Shown here one piece after another: positions 1 through 10,082 of a stretch of DNA of 47,391 nucleotides (the stretch's first letter is position 1; each line of letters opens with the position of its first letter). This DNA comes from a virus (Duplodnaviria; Caudoviricetes), in the IMG/VR virus record IMGVR_UViG_3300049924_000503, positions 1 to 47,391 of that record; one strand, written 5' to 3'. The translations under genes and the position numbers were made by a program. The notes below the pieces were generated by a model that saw only the letters and a program-made list of their open reading frames with translations, made no database searches and was not told the DNA's origin.

Positions 1-36
1 ACCCTACCCCTGCGCAAATTATATATGCCCAGCTTT

Positions 37-71
37 GATATGGCTTATCAACATAGTGGATTGACCATATC
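37..71. promoter_or_regulatory. 35-bp imperfect palindrome, copy A (putative operator)
   Basis: GATATGG-CTTATCAAC-ATA-GTGGATTGA-CCATATC; closely related copies at 31734-31768 and 38787-38821; overlaps the -35 of the rightward promoter. Confidence 0.75.
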
Positions 72-89
72 TCCCCGCGATGGTATGAA
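61..89 (+). promoter_or_regulatory. putative sigma70 promoter for the structural arm (possibly leaderless transcript)
   Basis: TTGACC-N17-TATGAA ending 5 nt before the ATG at 95; no clear Shine-Dalgarno. Confidence 0.5.
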
Positions 90-94
90 GAATA

Positions 95-667
95 ATGAAT
101 GTGCCTTTGGACATTGTGAGACTGACGGGGCGGGCGCCGGTGCAAATCGAGGCTGAGGTTCTGCGCGAGCTTAATGAGGCGGATTTGGTGCTGCTTGCGA
201 CGGAGCGCGGAGTGAAGCCAACGCCGATCATGCGCCTACGGGAGCGTCATCATGCTTTGGCGCGGAACCTTGCCTCGGGTATGACAGATAGTGAGGCCGC
301 CGCCGTTTGCGGATACGAACTTTCCCGAGTGAGCATTCTCAAGGGCGACCCCACGTTCAAGGAGCTTGTCCTCTTCTACCGCGAAGACGTTAACCGGCAA
401 TACGCGCAGGTGCATGAAGTCCTCTCCGGCATGGCCGTTGACGCAGCCATAATCATCCGTGAGCGTATGGAAGACACGCCGGAAGAGCTTTCTTCAAGCC
501 TCTTAACCGAAATCGTAAAAATGTCTGCGGACCGGACTGGCCACGGTCCATCTTCGAAGCAGGAAGTCAACGTGAACTTTAATCTCGCAAACCGGCTTGA
601 AGAGGCTCGAAAGCGTGTCGCCGCTCGAACCATTAACATAACTCCTGAAAGGGTTGCCAATGGCTAG
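95..667 (+). CDS. putative terminase small subunit (HTH protein)
   Basis: HTH-like segment (ARNLASGMTDSEAAAVCGYELSRVSIL); C-terminal NVNFNLANRLEEARKR resembles TerS tails; first gene of the packaging arm. Confidence 0.55.
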   Translation: MNVPLDIVRLTGRAPVQIEAEVLRELNEADLVLLATERGVKPTPIMRLRERHHALARNLASGMTDSEAAAVCGYELSRVSILKGDPTFKELVLFYREDVNRQYAQVHEVLSGMAVDAAIIIRERMEDTPEELSSSLLTEIVKMSADRTGHGPSSKQEVNVNFNLANRLEEARKRVAARTINITPERVANG

Positions 668-1004
668 TTTAACTGAGGACCACGGCCTTGGCCGTATCCA
701 TATCAATACCTGGGCTCTGACAAACGCCGATGGCGAGGGCAATCATTTGACCATGCCCGGTTCTCCCGATCGCACGGTCCAGTGCGTTGGATCGTTCGGG
801 GGCGCTACCGTGAAACTCTACGGCTCTAATCAGCGTATTCCAACTGATTGGGCCGTCCTTCACGATCCCTCGGGCGCGGACATTTCCTTCACCGCCCCAG
901 GCATCGCCCTCGTTCTCGAGAACCCCGTCCACGTCAAGCCTATTCTAATCGGTGGCGCTGGCAGTGCCGTTTCCGTAATCCTCGCATCAAGGAGCCCGGT
1001 ATGA
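660..1004 (+). CDS. hypothetical beta-rich protein
   Basis: ATG at 660 overlaps the upstream gene end; ORF tiles the operon. Confidence 0.6.
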   Translation: MASLTEDHGLGRIHINTWALTNADGEGNHLTMPGSPDRTVQCVGSFGGATVKLYGSNQRIPTDWAVLHDPSGADISFTAPGIALVLENPVHVKPILIGGAGSAVSVILASRSPV

Positions 1005-1483
1005 GTGACCTCCCAAAAACATCTTCCGCCGCTCGACTGTTTCTTAAACAGTTCCGCCCACTCTTTGACTTTGCATCGCTAATCGAGGATGCTGGAACGC
1101 TCGAGGACACGATTAACGGGATGAAGGCCGAACATAGCAAAATCGCTTCGGCTTTAACTGGCGTGCAGGATGATCTAACCGCTGCGCAGAGTGCGGTTAC
1201 GAAGGCGAAGCAAGAACTCGCTGCGACGAAAAAGACACAAGAAGAGAGCAAAGTCTCCACCGTCGATGAGCAGCTTCGATTGATCGCCGACGCTAAAGAG
1301 CAGGCCAAGGCCATAATCGACAAAGCCGACGCAGATGCAAAAGCAGCTTTTGCCGCCACCGACACTCGGCGCTTCACTCTCGAGGGTAAATGTTCCGTAC
1401 TTGAAACCGAGGTCGAGGACCTCACTTCCACCCGGGATATTCTTCTCGCCGAGATTAAAGCCTTGCGGGAAAGGTTCGCTTGA
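1001..1483 (+). CDS. hypothetical coiled-coil protein
   Basis: AAGGAG SD before ATG 1001; Ala/Lys/Glu-rich helical sequence. Confidence 0.65.
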   Translation: MSDLPKTSSAARLFLKQFRPLFDFASLIEDAGTLEDTINGMKAEHSKIASALTGVQDDLTAAQSAVTKAKQELAATKKTQEESKVSTVDEQLRLIADAKEQAKAIIDKADADAKAAFAATDTRRFTLEGKCSVLETEVEDLTSTRDILLAEIKALRERFA

Positions 1484-1890
1484 TGGCTAACGTTCGCATT
1501 ACTCAAACCTTGCGCAACGCTATGCTTGCACCTATGCTCGCAGCTATCGACGCCGGTGCAGGCCCTGGAACAATCAAATTCTACACCGGCACACAGCCCG
1601 CTAACGGGGACGCCGCGCTCAGCGGCAACACTCTTCTCGGCACACTGACATGCACCGATCCGGCGGGCGCAATCGCCACAGGTACGTTGACATTCTCTAC
1701 GATAACCGAAGACTCCGTAGCCGACGCCACTGGCACAGCCACATGGGCACGTATTCAGGACTCCACTGGCACGAATTGCTTCGACGTTGACGTGGCGACT
1801 TCGGGGGCGACTATTAACCTTAACACTGTAGCCATTGTAGCGGGTGGCCCGATCCGCATTACATCTGGCTCAATTTCAATTCCGGCTTAA
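1483..1890 (+). CDS. putative minor virion/decoration protein
   Basis: TGATG coupling; Gly/Ala/Thr-rich beta-type sequence typical of phage structural proteins. Confidence 0.55.
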   Translation: MANVRITQTLRNAMLAPMLAAIDAGAGPGTIKFYTGTQPANGDAALSGNTLLGTLTCTDPAGAIATGTLTFSTITEDSVADATGTATWARIQDSTGTNCFDVDVATSGATINLNTVAIVAGGPIRITSGSISIPA

Positions 1891-1900
1891 GGAGCTATCA

Positions 1901-2470
1901 ATGGCTTATCCAAATCCTTCATCTTACGTCCCGCTCGTAATTGGTAAAACTGATGGGCCTACCTTAACTGCGGCTACAGCAGTATCTTGCATTCCGGCAG
2001 CTGACCGACTTATCCTGCCGAACAATTACTGGGTTCCGGGCAAGCATTGGACTATCAAAATGTCAGGCCGTATTTCGTGCGCCGTGACAACGCCCGGAAC
2101 AGCGCGGCTTGATCTTCGAACTGGACCGTCAGGAACAATTATCGCGTTCGATACTGGTGCGATAAACCTTAACGTCGTCGCTAAGACAACGGTACCTTGG
2201 TGGTTTGAGGCAACGCTGACATGCCGAGCTGTCGGCAATGGAACTGCCACAAATCTATTTGGAATGGGTCTTTTCCAGTCTGAAGCTGTTATTGCTTCGC
2301 CGCTTCCCACAGTCGGGGGTAATGGCTCGCTTATTGTCCCGGTAGGAACTCCTGCCGTGGGTACTGGCTTTGACAATACTGCTGCAAACGCAGTGGACAT
2401 ATTCTTTACACAAACTGTTGCAACAGGTTCGTTTACTGTACATCAGTATGCAATTTGGGAAAGCATTTAA
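1901..2470 (+). CDS. putative virion protein (beta-sandwich)
   Basis: TAAGGAG SD before ATG 1901; Thr/Gly/Val-rich. Confidence 0.55.
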   Translation: MAYPNPSSYVPLVIGKTDGPTLTAATAVSCIPAADRLILPNNYWVPGKHWTIKMSGRISCAVTTPGTARLDLRTGPSGTIIAFDTGAINLNVVAKTTVPWWFEATLTCRAVGNGTATNLFGMGLFQSEAVIASPLPTVGGNGSLIVPVGTPAVGTGFDNTAANAVDIFFTQTVATGSFTVHQYAIWESI

Positions 2471-2880
2471 TGTCCTTTAATACAACCAGCTTTCGTCCTT
2501 TTTGCCGCCAAGGGTGGGGAGGTAGAGCTGCGTCTCATTTTCGCGGGCTACTGGCTACAGGGTCGAATAACACCGGGCTAGCCTCAGAGTTTCCTCAAGT
2601 GCTTGGTATAGGTTGGCGCAATCAAATTGGAACGTTTGTACGAAGACAGTTTGGCCCTACCATAAACACGACGCTGGCCGGCATCACGCGTGACAATTCG
2701 GGAGCTGTTTTGGGTAACTGCATAGTCGAGCTTTACCACGGAAAACGCATGATAGCGGGAACAACCTCAGATGCTTCAGGTAATTTTGTATTCTTCAACC
2801 CGGGCTCTGGCCCATTTCGTATAATAAGTGATAAAGCAGGTGTGGCGGGTGTAACTGCCGAAACTTTGGTAGCGACGTAA
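2470..2880 (+). CDS. hypothetical protein with C-terminal carboxypeptidase-regulatory/Ig-like domain
   Basis: TAATG coupling; LAGITRDNSGAVLGNCIVELY...TTSDASGNFVF pattern. Confidence 0.55.
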   Translation: MSFNTTSFRPFCRQGWGGRAASHFRGLLATGSNNTGLASEFPQVLGIGWRNQIGTFVRRQFGPTINTTLAGITRDNSGAVLGNCIVELYHGKRMIAGTTSDASGNFVFFNPGSGPFRIISDKAGVAGVTAETLVAT

Positions 2881-2881
2881 A

Positions 2882-3415
2882 ATGGCAGGAAATGACGTAT
2901 TCCTTTACCTAGTCCCGAGCGACGTTGACGCTGATGATGTGCGCTTACGCGATCCGTTTAACGCTGACGCGGGCGGCGCCGTTACTGGAGCATTGGCCGG
3001 TGGGGTTACCGTAACCGGAACGTTTGTTGCGAGCGTTGGCGCCGCCGGGCCCGCTGTTGGCACTGTGTTAGTTTCAGGAAATTTTTCTGCGGCAGCCGGT
3101 AGTGCTGGAACCCTTAATGGTAGCGTTATTGTACAATCTTCCTTCACTGCTGCGTATGGCGAAGTCGGCGTTCTTCTTGGGACTGTGGTTTCAATAGCCA
3201 ATTTTTCTGGAACGCATGGGGTTACGGGAACTCTCGGCACTTTCCTTATGCCAGTTGGCATATTTAGCGGACAGCATTTTCCAGCTACTGCGGGCTTTTT
3301 TACAGGCCTTGTGCAACTTGAGGGCGCTTTTACCGGGACTTTCTCTGGTGGAGTAGTTGCCAACGATAACAACCCGTTCATTCCGATTTTCACTCGTCGG
3401 AGGGCTCGCCGATGA
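2882..3415 (+). CDS. hypothetical Gly-rich repetitive putative fibre protein
   Basis: repeating G-x-L-x-G-x-V...G-x-F-x-A units. Confidence 0.55.
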   Translation: MAGNDVFLYLVPSDVDADDVRLRDPFNADAGGAVTGALAGGVTVTGTFVASVGAAGPAVGTVLVSGNFSAAAGSAGTLNGSVIVQSSFTAAYGEVGVLLGTVVSIANFSGTHGVTGTLGTFLMPVGIFSGQHFPATAGFFTGLVQLEGAFTGTFSGGVVANDNNPFIPIFTRRRARR

Positions 3416-4908
3416 ACGATGACTTCATTGAGAGTCTTGCGTCTTTCTCTAAAGACCCTCTCGGCTTTGTTCTGTGGGCGTTTCCTTGGGGCGAGCCGGG
3501 GGAACTGGAAAAGTTTCAAGGTCCAGAAGAGTGGCAGGTTCGTATCCTTCTCGACCTCGGCGCAGGTCTTATCTCCATTTCCGGGGCGATCCGCCTTGCC
3601 CGCACTTCGGGCCATGGCATCGGCAAGTCCGCTCTCGTAGCATGGATCATTCTTTGGGCCATGTCCACTCTTGAAGACACCGTAGGCGTTGTGACCGCTA
3701 ATACCGAAACGCAGCTCAAAACCAAAACCTGGGTACAGGTTGCAAAATGGTATCGCTTGTGCATCACCCGCGAAATGTTCAAGATGACCGCCACAGCGCT
3801 GTTCTCGAACGACCCTGAGCACGAGCGCACTTGGCGCATGGATATGGTTCCGTGGAGTGAGCGGAACACCGAAGCTTTCGCCGGCTTGCACAACAAGGGT
3901 AAGCGCATTCTTCTCGTCTTTGACGAAGCCTCCGCGATCCCTGATATGATATGGGAAGTTGCCGAAGGCGCTTTGACTGACAGTGACACTGAGATTATCT
4001 GGTGCGCTTTCGGTAACCCTACGCGGAATAAAGGGCGCTTCCGAGACTGTTTTTCGGGCGGTAAGTTCGCCCATCGCTGGCAGTCTGCCGCAATCGACTC
4101 GCGCGAGGTTTCTCTCACCGACAAAGCCCAAATCGCCGAGTGGATTACTGACTATGGCGAGGACCATGACTTCGTGCGTATTCGCGTACGAGGTGTATTC
4201 CCGCGCATCGACGCAGAGTCTTTCATTCCGTTCGAGCTTGCCACTGCGGCGACCAATCGCGAGATCGAGCGCCAGACCGATCCAATCGTCCTCGGAGTTG
4301 ACGTTGGGCGGTTTGGTGATGATCCGTCCGTTATCTATCCGAGGCAAGGACGAGACGCAGCATCTCGTTTGCCACAACTTTTTCAAGGTCTTGATACTAT
4401 GAGCTTGGCCGCGCAGATAGCAAAGACCTATCTCCAACTTCATGCTTCTCTTGTGATGGTCGATAGCGGTGGCGTTGGTGGCGGTGTCGTTGACCGTTTG
4501 CGGCAGCTTCGTATCCCTGTGATGGAGGTTGATTTCGGTTCGGGCCCTGACGGCACCAACCCTGACGATGGCTCAAAATACGCCAATAAGCGGGCCGAGA
4601 TTTGGGGTGCTGTGCGTGAGTGGCTTAAGCGCGGTTCAATTCCGCATATGATGGTCGGGGATAAAATAACTCTGGTCGATGAACTCATCGGCCCAAACTT
4701 TGGCTTGAACGGGGCCGAGGCAATCCAGCTCGAGTCGAAAAAGGAAATGCGCAAACGAGGAGTCCCTTCTCCTAACGTGGCGGATGCTCTTGCGTGCACA
4801 TTCGCGTTTCCAGTCTATGTAATGCGATCAGCTGCGGAAGAAATTCCAATGATGGTAATCTCCGAATACGATCCGTTCGAACAAAAACGTATCTACGCTA
4901 ACGCTTGA
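3412..4908 (+). CDS. terL: terminase large subunit
   Basis: Walker A SGHGIGKS, Walker B LLVFDEAS, GNPT motif, RNase H-like nuclease LGVDVGRFGDD...SPNVADAL. Confidence 0.95.
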   Translation: MNDDFIESLASFSKDPLGFVLWAFPWGEPGELEKFQGPEEWQVRILLDLGAGLISISGAIRLARTSGHGIGKSALVAWIILWAMSTLEDTVGVVTANTETQLKTKTWVQVAKWYRLCITREMFKMTATALFSNDPEHERTWRMDMVPWSERNTEAFAGLHNKGKRILLVFDEASAIPDMIWEVAEGALTDSDTEIIWCAFGNPTRNKGRFRDCFSGGKFAHRWQSAAIDSREVSLTDKAQIAEWITDYGEDHDFVRIRVRGVFPRIDAESFIPFELATAATNREIERQTDPIVLGVDVGRFGDDPSVIYPRQGRDAASRLPQLFQGLDTMSLAAQIAKTYLQLHASLVMVDSGGVGGGVVDRLRQLRIPVMEVDFGSGPDGTNPDDGSKYANKRAEIWGAVREWLKRGSIPHMMVGDKITLVDELIGPNFGLNGAEAIQLESKKEMRKRGVPSPNVADALACTFAFPVYVMRSAAEEIPMMVISEYDPFEQKRIYANA

Positions 4909-4918
4909 AAGGGCAATC

Positions 4919-5107
4919 ATGTCGATTTTCTCGAAACCGAAAATAACCCCGCCGCCTTCCACACCTACGATGGCGAACGCTTCTGTGTATCAGGCCGGAC
5001 AGCAGGCGTCAAAAGGCTATACTTCTCTTATAAGCAGCGTGGGTAGACAAGGCGGTCTTACCCGCAAAGCTTCGACGGCTAAAAAATCCCTCATCGGAGG
5101 CATGTAA
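4919..5107 (+). CDS. small conserved protein upstream of portal
   Basis: MSIFSKPKITPPP...KKSLIGG, the typical pre-portal gene of T7/BPP-1-like phages. Confidence 0.65.
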   Translation: MSIFSKPKITPPPSTPTMANASVYQAGQQASKGYTSLISSVGRQGGLTRKASTAKKSLIGGM

Positions 5108-6753
5108 TGCAAATCGACATCAGTCTTCACGATAGATATAATCTCATCGTATCTTCCATGAAGACTGATCGTCTTCCTTATTGGAACCTGTGGCGGGAGC
5201 TTGCCGATTATTATCTTCCGAGCCGCTATACGTGGCTTCAGACCGACGCCGAGCGTAAAGTGCGGAACGCCAAAAACCCGTTCATTCTCGATCCGACCGG
5301 AACCGCTGCCGCTCGTACGCTCGCCTCTGGCATGATGAACGGAGTAACTTCGCCATCTCGTCCGTGGTTCAAGCTCCGTATCGCCGGCTACGATGACGAG
5401 GCGTCATCGCCAGTCCGCATTTGGCTTGACGAGGTGACTCGACGAATGCTTCTTGTCATGGCCGAAAGTAATTTCTACAACTCGATGGCTATCCTTTATC
5501 TCGATCTCGTCGTCTTCGGCACCGCCTCTATGCTCATTTACGAAGATGAAAAATCCATCATTCGATGCTATAACCCGTCTCTCGGCGAGTTCTACATCGC
5601 CAACGGCGACCGTATGGAGGTCACTCTCTTCTCACGCGAGTTCACATACAAACTTCACCAAATCGTCTCTCGGTTTGGAGAAGAAAACCTCCACCCCACG
5701 CTACTCGCCGAGTGGAGATCTAAAGGCATTTCCTCCACTACCGATATTCCCATCACTCATCTTATCCAGCCCGATTTCGAGAAGAAATACGGCTTTGAGT
5801 TTAAGGAATGCTACTGGATTACTGGAGCGCCAAAAGGATACATTCTCCAAGAAAAAGGCTATCATGAATTGCCCGGCATATTTCCTCGCTGGGAGTTGAG
5901 CGGTAACGACGCCTACGGCACGTGTCCCGCTATGGACGCGCTTGGCGATGTGATCCAACTTCAGCATGAGACCAAGAAAAAGGCGATGGGGTTGGATAAA
6001 CTGATTTCCCCTCCCATTGTCGCCGACATACAACTCCAGCACCGCCCAACAGCGTTGCTCCCTAACGGCATTACTTTTGTCACAGGAGTGAATAATGTAG
6101 GCGCCAAACCTCTCTACCAGATCGCCATCCCTTTGGGCGAGATGACCCTTGACATTCGGGACGTGCAAGGCCGTATCCGCGAAACATTCCACAATGATCT
6201 TTTCCGCATGATTTCCCAACTCGACACCGTACGGAGCGCCACCGAAATCGACGCTCGACGAGAGGAAAAACTAGTCCTTCTCGGATCGGTGCTCGAGCGC
6301 TTTGACAACGAAGCCCTCGACCCAGGCATTAATCGCATCTACAATATCATGCTACGAAGCGGGTTAATCCCCGAAGCCCCTGCCGAAATCGGTGAGGCCG
6401 AACTTGAAATCCAATACGTCTCGATACTGTCCGCCGCTCAGCGTGCCGTAGGTGTTCTTCCTACAGAACGTTGGCTTCAGCTCATAGGAACCATCGCTCC
6501 AATCTACCCCAAGGCCGTGAACATTCCCAACTTCGATCAAATCCTCCGCGACTATGGGCGCGACATTGGCGTTGCCGCTCGCGGTATCCGGTCCATCGAC
6601 GAAGTGAATGCGGAAAACCAAAAAGCCGACGAGCTTGCGGCGTCTCGTGAAGCTGCCGCTACGGGTCAAGTTTTGGTCGACAGCGCTAAATCCCTGTCCG
6701 AGACGCAGATCACGCCCGGCTCGAATGCACTACAACAGCTCATTGGAGGATAA
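5107..6753 (+). CDS. portal (head-tail connector)
   Basis: LASGMMNGVTSPSRPWFKL, PRWE...YGTCPAMDALGD and SATEI...EEKL motifs of T7 gp8/BPP-1 portals. Confidence 0.93.
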   Translation: MQIDISLHDRYNLIVSSMKTDRLPYWNLWRELADYYLPSRYTWLQTDAERKVRNAKNPFILDPTGTAAARTLASGMMNGVTSPSRPWFKLRIAGYDDEASSPVRIWLDEVTRRMLLVMAESNFYNSMAILYLDLVVFGTASMLIYEDEKSIIRCYNPSLGEFYIANGDRMEVTLFSREFTYKLHQIVSRFGEENLHPTLLAEWRSKGISSTTDIPITHLIQPDFEKKYGFEFKECYWITGAPKGYILQEKGYHELPGIFPRWELSGNDAYGTCPAMDALGDVIQLQHETKKKAMGLDKLISPPIVADIQLQHRPTALLPNGITFVTGVNNVGAKPLYQIAIPLGEMTLDIRDVQGRIRETFHNDLFRMISQLDTVRSATEIDARREEKLVLLGSVLERFDNEALDPGINRIYNIMLRSGLIPEAPAEIGEAELEIQYVSILSAAQRAVGVLPTERWLQLIGTIAPIYPKAVNIPNFDQILRDYGRDIGVAARGIRSIDEVNAENQKADELAASREAAATGQVLVDSAKSLSETQITPGSNALQQLIGG

Positions 6754-6793
6754 TGATATGTATGTTGACTCCAATTGGTAAAAAGGATAACGT

Positions 6794-7165
6794 ATGATTG
6801 ATAAGGAAAAAGAGGCGAACAAACTTAACCGAACCTTGGCAAATATTGCTAAACGGATCGAGGCTAATGAAACCGCTGCGCTCAAACATCTTCTATCCAC
6901 TGGCGAAGGCAGAGATTTTCTTTGGTATCTCTTGCGGATTGGAAAAGTTGGAATGCAGCCTTTCACCGGAGACCGCGCCCGGACTGACTTCTGTTGCGGA
7001 GAACTAAATGTAGGGCAGCAGATACTTGCTCGCATTATCGAAACCGAACCCGCTGGTTATTACCAGATGTTAAAGGACCAAGAAGATGCCAATCGAGAAC
7101 GAAATTTCGCCTACGCCGACTCCTCCAACGACGCCGACTCCAACTCCACCGGCAACGGTGACTGA
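6794..7165 (+). CDS. Bbp19-like protein
   Basis: LLSTGEGRDFLWYLL...TDFCCGELNVG pattern; position after portal. Confidence 0.7.
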   Translation: MIDKEKEANKLNRTLANIAKRIEANETAALKHLLSTGEGRDFLWYLLRIGKVGMQPFTGDRARTDFCCGELNVGQQILARIIETEPAGYYQMLKDQEDANRERNFAYADSSNDADSNSTGNGD

Positions 7166-7706
7166 GGGACTTACGCCGCCAGTCGTCATTGACCCTGCGG
7201 CGCCCGTAGAACCTGCAAAGGTTGAAGAATTTGTTCCGCTCACTGCGGACGCCGTGAAACTTCCCGAGGGCTTTAATGTAGACGCCCCGACTATGGAGAA
7301 GTTTCTCGGTATAATGAATGACCAGAAGATGAGTGCCGCAGACCGCGTAAACGGTCTCGCCAATCTTCAGGCTGAAGTTCTGAAAAGCCAGTCTGAGAAG
7401 GCTATGGCGGATTGGGAAGGGCTCAATGCGAGCTGGCAAGAAGAAGTGAAGGCTGACCCTGTCCTTGGCGGACAGAAGCTTGACACGACACTTGCCGGAA
7501 TCAGCACGCTGATTAACACGCATGGAACGCCAGAGCTACGACAGGTAATGGACGCGACAGGAGCTGGAAACAATATCCACGTCGTTCGGTTTCTGTCAAA
7601 AGTCGCAGGTCTTCTTGGTGAAGGTAAACCGGCGGCGGGAACTCCTTCCGCCGCTCCGCGCCCAATCGAGCAGACTATGTATCCAACAATGTTCAAAGGA
7701 ACTTAA
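7086..7706 (+). CDS. capsid scaffolding protein
   Basis: Pro/Thr-rich N-terminus; W..EVKADPVLGG, TGAGNN.HVVRFL, terminal MYP; directly precedes the capsid gene. Confidence 0.8.
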   Translation: MPIENEISPTPTPPTTPTPTPPATVTEGLTPPVVIDPAAPVEPAKVEEFVPLTADAVKLPEGFNVDAPTMEKFLGIMNDQKMSAADRVNGLANLQAEVLKSQSEKAMADWEGLNASWQEEVKADPVLGGQKLDTTLAGISTLINTHGTPELRQVMDATGAGNNIHVVRFLSKVAGLLGEGKPAAGTPSAAPRPIEQTMYPTMFKGT

Positions 7707-7709
7707 CGA

Positions 7710-8708
7710 ATGGCTGCTCTCTCTGTTGCCAATCCGACGCTTCTGGACCTTGCGAAAGTCAAAGACCCTAATGGGTCAATCGCTAGTGTCGTGGAGCTTC
7801 TGACTGCTACTAACGAAATCCTGCAAGACATGACCTTCATGGAAGGTAATCTTGAAACAGGACATCGATCCACTGTGCGGACTGGTTTGCCCGCGCCGAC
7901 TTGGCGTAAAATGTATGGCGGCGTTCAGCCCAACAAAGGCACAACCGCGCAGGTCACGGACAACTGCGGTATGATGGAGGCTTACGCCGAAATCGACAAA
8001 GCGCTTGCCGATTTGAACGGCAACGCAGCGGCGTATCGCTTGGTTGAAGACTCGGCCCACATCGAGGGCATGAACATCGAAATGGCTGATACGCTGTTTT
8101 ATGGAAATGAAGGTTCGGAGCCGGAAGCGTTCACAGGCCTTTCTCCTCGATACAACAGCCTGTCTGCGGCCAATGCTGAAAACATCATCAATGCCGGTGG
8201 CGTTGGTGCGGACAACAACTCCATCTGGCTCTGCGTATGGGGACCAACGACAGGCTATGGTATCCTGCCAAAGGGCTCCGAGGCCGGACTAAAAGTCCGC
8301 GATCTGGGCGAAGTCACTGTCGAAAACGTTGATGGACTCGGTGGCCGTATGCAGGCTTACCGTACCCATTACCGTTGGGACGCTGGTTTGACCATCCGCG
8401 ACTGGCGCTACTTTGTCCGTATCGCAAACATCGACAAGAGCGCTACGCTCTTTGATGCTGCATCGGGGCCAAATCTTCCTAATCTGATGTTCGAGGCAAT
8501 CGAGCGCATTCCCAACCTTTCTGCAGGACGTGCGAACTTTTACATGTCGCGTTACCTTCGCACCCGTCTTCGGCAGCAGTCGGCCGCCGCAGTCAAATCC
8601 TCAACTCTCACTGTGGAAATGGTAGGCGGTATTCCCGTTTCTATGTTCCACGGTATTCCAATTCGCCGCACTGATGCTCTCAGCGCTGACGAAGCCCTCG
8701 TGGTATAA
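7710..8708 (+). CDS. major capsid protein (BPP-1/epsilon15-like)
   Basis: NPTLLDLAK, EGNLETGHRSTVRTGLP, GLTIRDWRYFVRIANID, FHGIPIRRTD. Confidence 0.93.
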   Translation: MAALSVANPTLLDLAKVKDPNGSIASVVELLTATNEILQDMTFMEGNLETGHRSTVRTGLPAPTWRKMYGGVQPNKGTTAQVTDNCGMMEAYAEIDKALADLNGNAAAYRLVEDSAHIEGMNIEMADTLFYGNEGSEPEAFTGLSPRYNSLSAANAENIINAGGVGADNNSIWLCVWGPTTGYGILPKGSEAGLKVRDLGEVTVENVDGLGGRMQAYRTHYRWDAGLTIRDWRYFVRIANIDKSATLFDAASGPNLPNLMFEAIERIPNLSAGRANFYMSRYLRTRLRQQSAAAVKSSTLTVEMVGGIPVSMFHGIPIRRTDALSADEALVV

Positions 8709-8719
8709 GGAGCCGCATC

Positions 8720-9193
8720 ATGATCATGGATTCTCGCGTTGAATTTGCCGATGCTGTTTCAGTGGCTGCTGCCGCTGGCACAGCGCTTATCGGCAATCAA
8801 ATCGATCTTACCGTTGCTCGAGATTTGGGTAACGGCGGGACACTCTATCTCGTCATTTCGACTGATACTGAAATCATTACTGGTGGCGTTGCCGGAACGG
8901 TTCAGTTTCAACTCGTCTCCGACGACACTGCGGCAATCGCCACAAACGGAACAGCCAGCGTGCATTTCAGCACAAAGGCTTTTGTAACAGGCAACGCCGC
9001 TTCAAACGATCCGCAGCTGAATGTGGGCGGCGTCATTGCCATGGTTGAGCTTCCGCTGGAAGGCGTTGTCTACGAACGCTTCCTCGGCATTCTCGCTATC
9101 ACGGCGACGACCACGACTACTGCAGGCAAAATCAACGCCTTCCTGACTAACGATCCTCGTAGTTGGAAAGCTTATGCTGATGCGGTGAACTAA
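8720..9193 (+). CDS. capsid cement/decoration protein (Bbp16-like)
   Basis: MIMD..., IDL...RDLGNG, TAGKINAFL; follows MCP; TAAGGAG SD. Confidence 0.8.
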   Translation: MIMDSRVEFADAVSVAAAAGTALIGNQIDLTVARDLGNGGTLYLVISTDTEIITGGVAGTVQFQLVSDDTAAIATNGTASVHFSTKAFVTGNAASNDPQLNVGGVIAMVELPLEGVVYERFLGILAITATTTTTAGKINAFLTNDPRSWKAYADAVN

Positions 9194-9387
9194 TGCGTAT
9201 CAACCTGGCACGTAATTGGTTCGATCCTGCCGGCGAGCGTCGTCGGAAAACGCAAAATCCGCATGAAGTTCCTGCGGAATGGGAAGAGCTACTTCCCAAG
9301 GGCACAGAAGTCTTGCCCGAAGCTGTCGTAGAAATCGCTCCTGTAGCGAAATCTGCGAAAGGCGAAGAAGAAGACGACGACCTGTAA
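9193..9387 (+). CDS. hypothetical protein
   Basis: TAATG coupling; acidic C-terminus. Confidence 0.6.
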   Translation: MRINLARNWFDPAGERRRKTQNPHEVPAEWEELLPKGTEVLPEAVVEIAPVAKSAKGEEEDDDL

Positions 9388-9398
9388 GGAGATAAGTC

Positions 9399-10082
9399 GT
9401 GGCGACAAATGAAGTCCAGATATTCAACATGGCGCTCAATGCCATTGGAAACAGGGATGACGTTTCCGCCACAACAGAAGAGTCGCGTGAAGCCGAGGTT
9501 TGTCGGCTGTGGTTCGGGCCTGTCCGTGACCATGTGCTTCGCGCGGCGCCGTGGCCCTGCGCAAAAGCGTTCGCAAGGCTAGCGCTAGTGTCCACGCGAG
9601 ATGAAAACCTTGCGTGGACATCTGACGATCCTGAGCCTGGGTTCATGTTTGCATACGCGACACCTGCGAAGTTTCTCGCGCCGAGATACTTAACCACGTT
9701 TAATCGGTTCACACTCTCTGCGCGCGGAACACAAATGACAATAAACACGCAGCAGGAAAACGCGGTCCTGTGCTACACCGTGGTACAGGATAATGTTTCG
9801 CTGTGGGACCCGCAGTTGACCCTCGCCATTGCATTTGCTTTGGGCGCTTTCATTTCACTGCCCTTGCACGGTAAGCCCGCACGAGCTCGTCTTGTTGAAG
9901 AGCACGCCAATCAACTCGTCTATCAAGCGCGTGAAAACGCAGCTAATTCAGACGAAAACCAATACGAAACTATTCCTGATTGGATTGCTGCTCGCGGGTT
10001 CGCGTTGTCCGCTCCGCAATCTCGTTTCTACTGGCCCAACGGCCCAATGATTTCAGTGTCGGAGCAAGCCGGTGTCTCTTGA
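9399..10082 (+). CDS. tail tubular protein A / adaptor
   Basis: IFNMALNAIG...EAEVC...VLRAAPWPCA motif; TAAGGAG SD. Confidence 0.85.
   Translation: MATNEVQIFNMALNAIGNRDDVSATTEESREAEVCRLWFGPVRDHVLRAAPWPCAKAFARLALVSTRDENLAWTSDDPEPGFMFAYATPAKFLAPRYLTTFNRFTLSARGTQMTINTQQENAVLCYTVVQDNVSLWDPQLTLAIAFALGAFISLPLHGKPARARLVEEHANQLVYQARENAANSDENQYETIPDWIAARGFALSAPQSRFYWPNGPMISVSEQAGVS

Noticed and set aside
2905-4443. 512-aa antisense ORF
   Set aside because: Lies opposite the clear terL and the preceding gene; no recognisable domain
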